Shown here: piece by piece, positions 62,693 through 64,000 of the stretch
How the letters are laid out: each line of letters starts with the position of its first letter
Numbering within the stretch: position 1 is the first letter of the stretch
Virus record (IMG/VR): IMGVR_UViG_2880505610_000001
Coordinates: 40,773 to 104,772 of that record
DNA from: a virus
Lineage: Duplodnaviria > Caudoviricetes
Length of the DNA stretch: 64,000 nt
Reading direction: 5' to 3' (one strand)
The notes under the pieces: model-generated
Databases searched by the model: none
Told to the model about the DNA's origin: nothing
The model's input: the letters and a program-made list of their open reading frames with translations, nothing else
Program-made: the position numbers and the translations under genes

Positions 62693-64000
62693 TCAGGTCC
62701 CCCGCGGGAGCCGCCACTCCAGCCCGATCGACTCCCAGTCGAAGGCCGGCTCACCCGGCCGCCACCCCTTCGGCTTGCCCCGCTTAGCCGGATACACCAC
62801 CACCGTCACGAGTTCCTGCAGCACGGCACGCCGCCACGCCAGGCCAGCGGCATCGTCACGCTTCGTCTCCCAGACGGCCTCTATGTCCTCGATCCCGACC
62901 AGGTCCGCCAACACCGGCGAACGCACCGCGGCCACCATCTCGGCCTTGATGGACCTGATGCGGCTTAGCACCCCCTGCTCGGATTCGGCGAACGCGACCG
63001 CCGACACCTTCCCCTCCTTCGCAAGGCGCCGCCACGCCGCGAGCTCCTTCTCCTCAGTCTCCAGACGGGCCCGCATGCCAGCCAGGTCAGGTGGTGTTTC
63101 CTCCGTGATCAGACGGAGAAGATCCGGTCGCCGCAGCCTCGCGAAGAGGACCTTCTCCACGTAGGCGTCCAGGTTCTCCGCGTCACGAGACGTGTGCTTC
63201 CCAGACCGCCGGCACCGGTAGGAGTTCCTGTACTTGCCGGAACCGTCCCGTTTGAGGGCCCGAGAGCTACCGATGCTCAACGGCGCCCGGCACACCCCGC
63301 ACAGATACAGGCCACTGCCGAACCACTTGGGTGTCACCCCCAGCTGGGTGCGCCGATCCGGGTCGACCAAGATCCCGCTCGCGGCCTTCCAGAGTTCTTC
63401 GGAGACCAGCGGTTCCCATGCGGCCTTGCCGCCCTCAAGGGACGTCTCGAAGATTTCCCCTCGATGCACTCGCAGGCCGGCGTTGGAGGCCCGCAGCAGG
63501 ACCCGTCGCACGTTCGAAGGGATCCAGGGCCGGCCCGCCCGGTTCTTCAACCCGCGCCGGTTCCACTCGCGGGCGATGTGGCCGAGGGAGAACCCCTGAA
63601 GGACCGCGATGGTCCCCCACCTGACCGCCTCGGCCTCCTCCGGGTGAGGCCTGAGAACGCGCATGCCGTCGTCATCTGTCTCCAGCCGGTACCCGAACGG
63701 GACCTGACCACCCTTCCAGCGTCCCTCGCGTGCGAGTTCCTCCATGGCGGCGGTTACCCGGTCGATCAGGTGCTCGACCTCATAGGCGGCCTCATTCGCG
63801 TCCGCGCGGAGCCGTTTGCGGCCTGTCGGGGTCCACAGTTCATAGCCGCCTGAGCGAACGGTTTCCACGGGGTGCTGGCCGGCGGCGCAGATCGCGATGA
63901 AGTCCTCAACCTCTGCGGGGTTGCGGTGGAGGCGGTCGGCGTGCCATGCCAGGATCCCGAGCGGCGGCCCGCCACGTTCCGTGCGGAGGAGGTCGAGCAT
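62693..64000 (-). CDS. int: Large serine recombinase (integrase), N-terminus outside the window
   Basis: WHADRLHR, GGQVPFGY, recombinase domain SLGHIAREWN, Zn ribbon CGVC...YRC, coiled coil, LQELVTVVVYP. Confidence 0.93.
   Translation of the reverse strand: MLDLLRTERGGPPLGILAWHADRLHRNPAEVEDFIAICAAGQHPVETVRSGGYELWTPTGRKRLRADANEAAYEVEHLIDRVTAAMEELAREGRWKGGQVPFGYRLETDDDGMRVLRPHPEEAEAVRWGTIAVLQGFSLGHIAREWNRRGLKNRAGRPWIPSNVRRVLLRASNAGLRVHRGEIFETSLEGGKAAWEPLVSEELWKAASGILVDPDRRTQLGVTPKWFGSGLYLCGVCRAPLSIGSSRALKRDGSGKYRNSYRCRRSGKHTSRDAENLDAYVEKVLFARLRRPDLLRLITEETPPDLAGMRARLETEEKELAAWRRLAKEGKVSAVAFAESEQGVLSRIRSIKAEMVAAVRSPVLADLVGIEDIEAVWETKRDDAAGLAWRRAVLQELVTVVVYPAKRGKPKGWRPGEPAFDWESIGLEWRLPRGT

Larger units (their letters stand above)
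3671..64000 (-). mobile_element. Temperate siphovirus-type prophage; the right end runs past the window and the left boundary is uncertain (may include 1-3670)
   Basis: Colinear integrase, repressor, early/replication, terminase, portal, capsid, tail and lysis modules with tightly coupled ATGA/GTGA overlaps. Confidence 0.96.

Noticed and set aside
63998-64000. ATG at 64000 as the integrase start
   Set aside because: The catalytic N-terminal Y-x-R-x-S motif is missing, so the gene continues beyond the window
1-64000. tRNA/rRNA genes and attL/attR sites
   Set aside because: No cloverleaf or T-loop motif found by eye; serine-integrase att sites share little identity and the right boundary is outside the window

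Overview
High-GC actinomycete DNA (it encodes WhiB and an actinobacterial-type LexA box; a Streptosporangiales-like host is my inference). The window is almost entirely one temperate siphovirus-type prophage read mainly on the minus strand. From right to left it carries: a large serine integrase cut by the window edge; a CI/Cro switch; about 27 kb of small early genes (exonuclease, Gp3/RDF-like protein, HNHs, ASCH, DUF5131, WhiB, replication initiator, DnaC-like loader, DnaB, two DNA methyltransferases, DUF4326, Rnl1-type RNA ligase); a methyltransferase plus three GT-A glycosyltransferases at the start of the late region; HNH, probable cos and terminase; portal, scaffold and HK97 capsid with a fourth (GT4) glycosyltransferase coupled directly to the capsid gene; tail genes with a -1 frameshifted chaperone; and a CHAP endolysin/holin lysis cassette. 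A small accessory/regulatory block lies at the left end. The most notable signal is a probable virion-glycosylation system: four glycosyltransferases and a methyltransferase in the late region, with both the major capsid and tail-tube proteins ending in a Gly-Ser C-terminus. No att sites, tRNAs or CRISPR arrays were seen. All family assignments come from motif recognition by eye, not from database searches.
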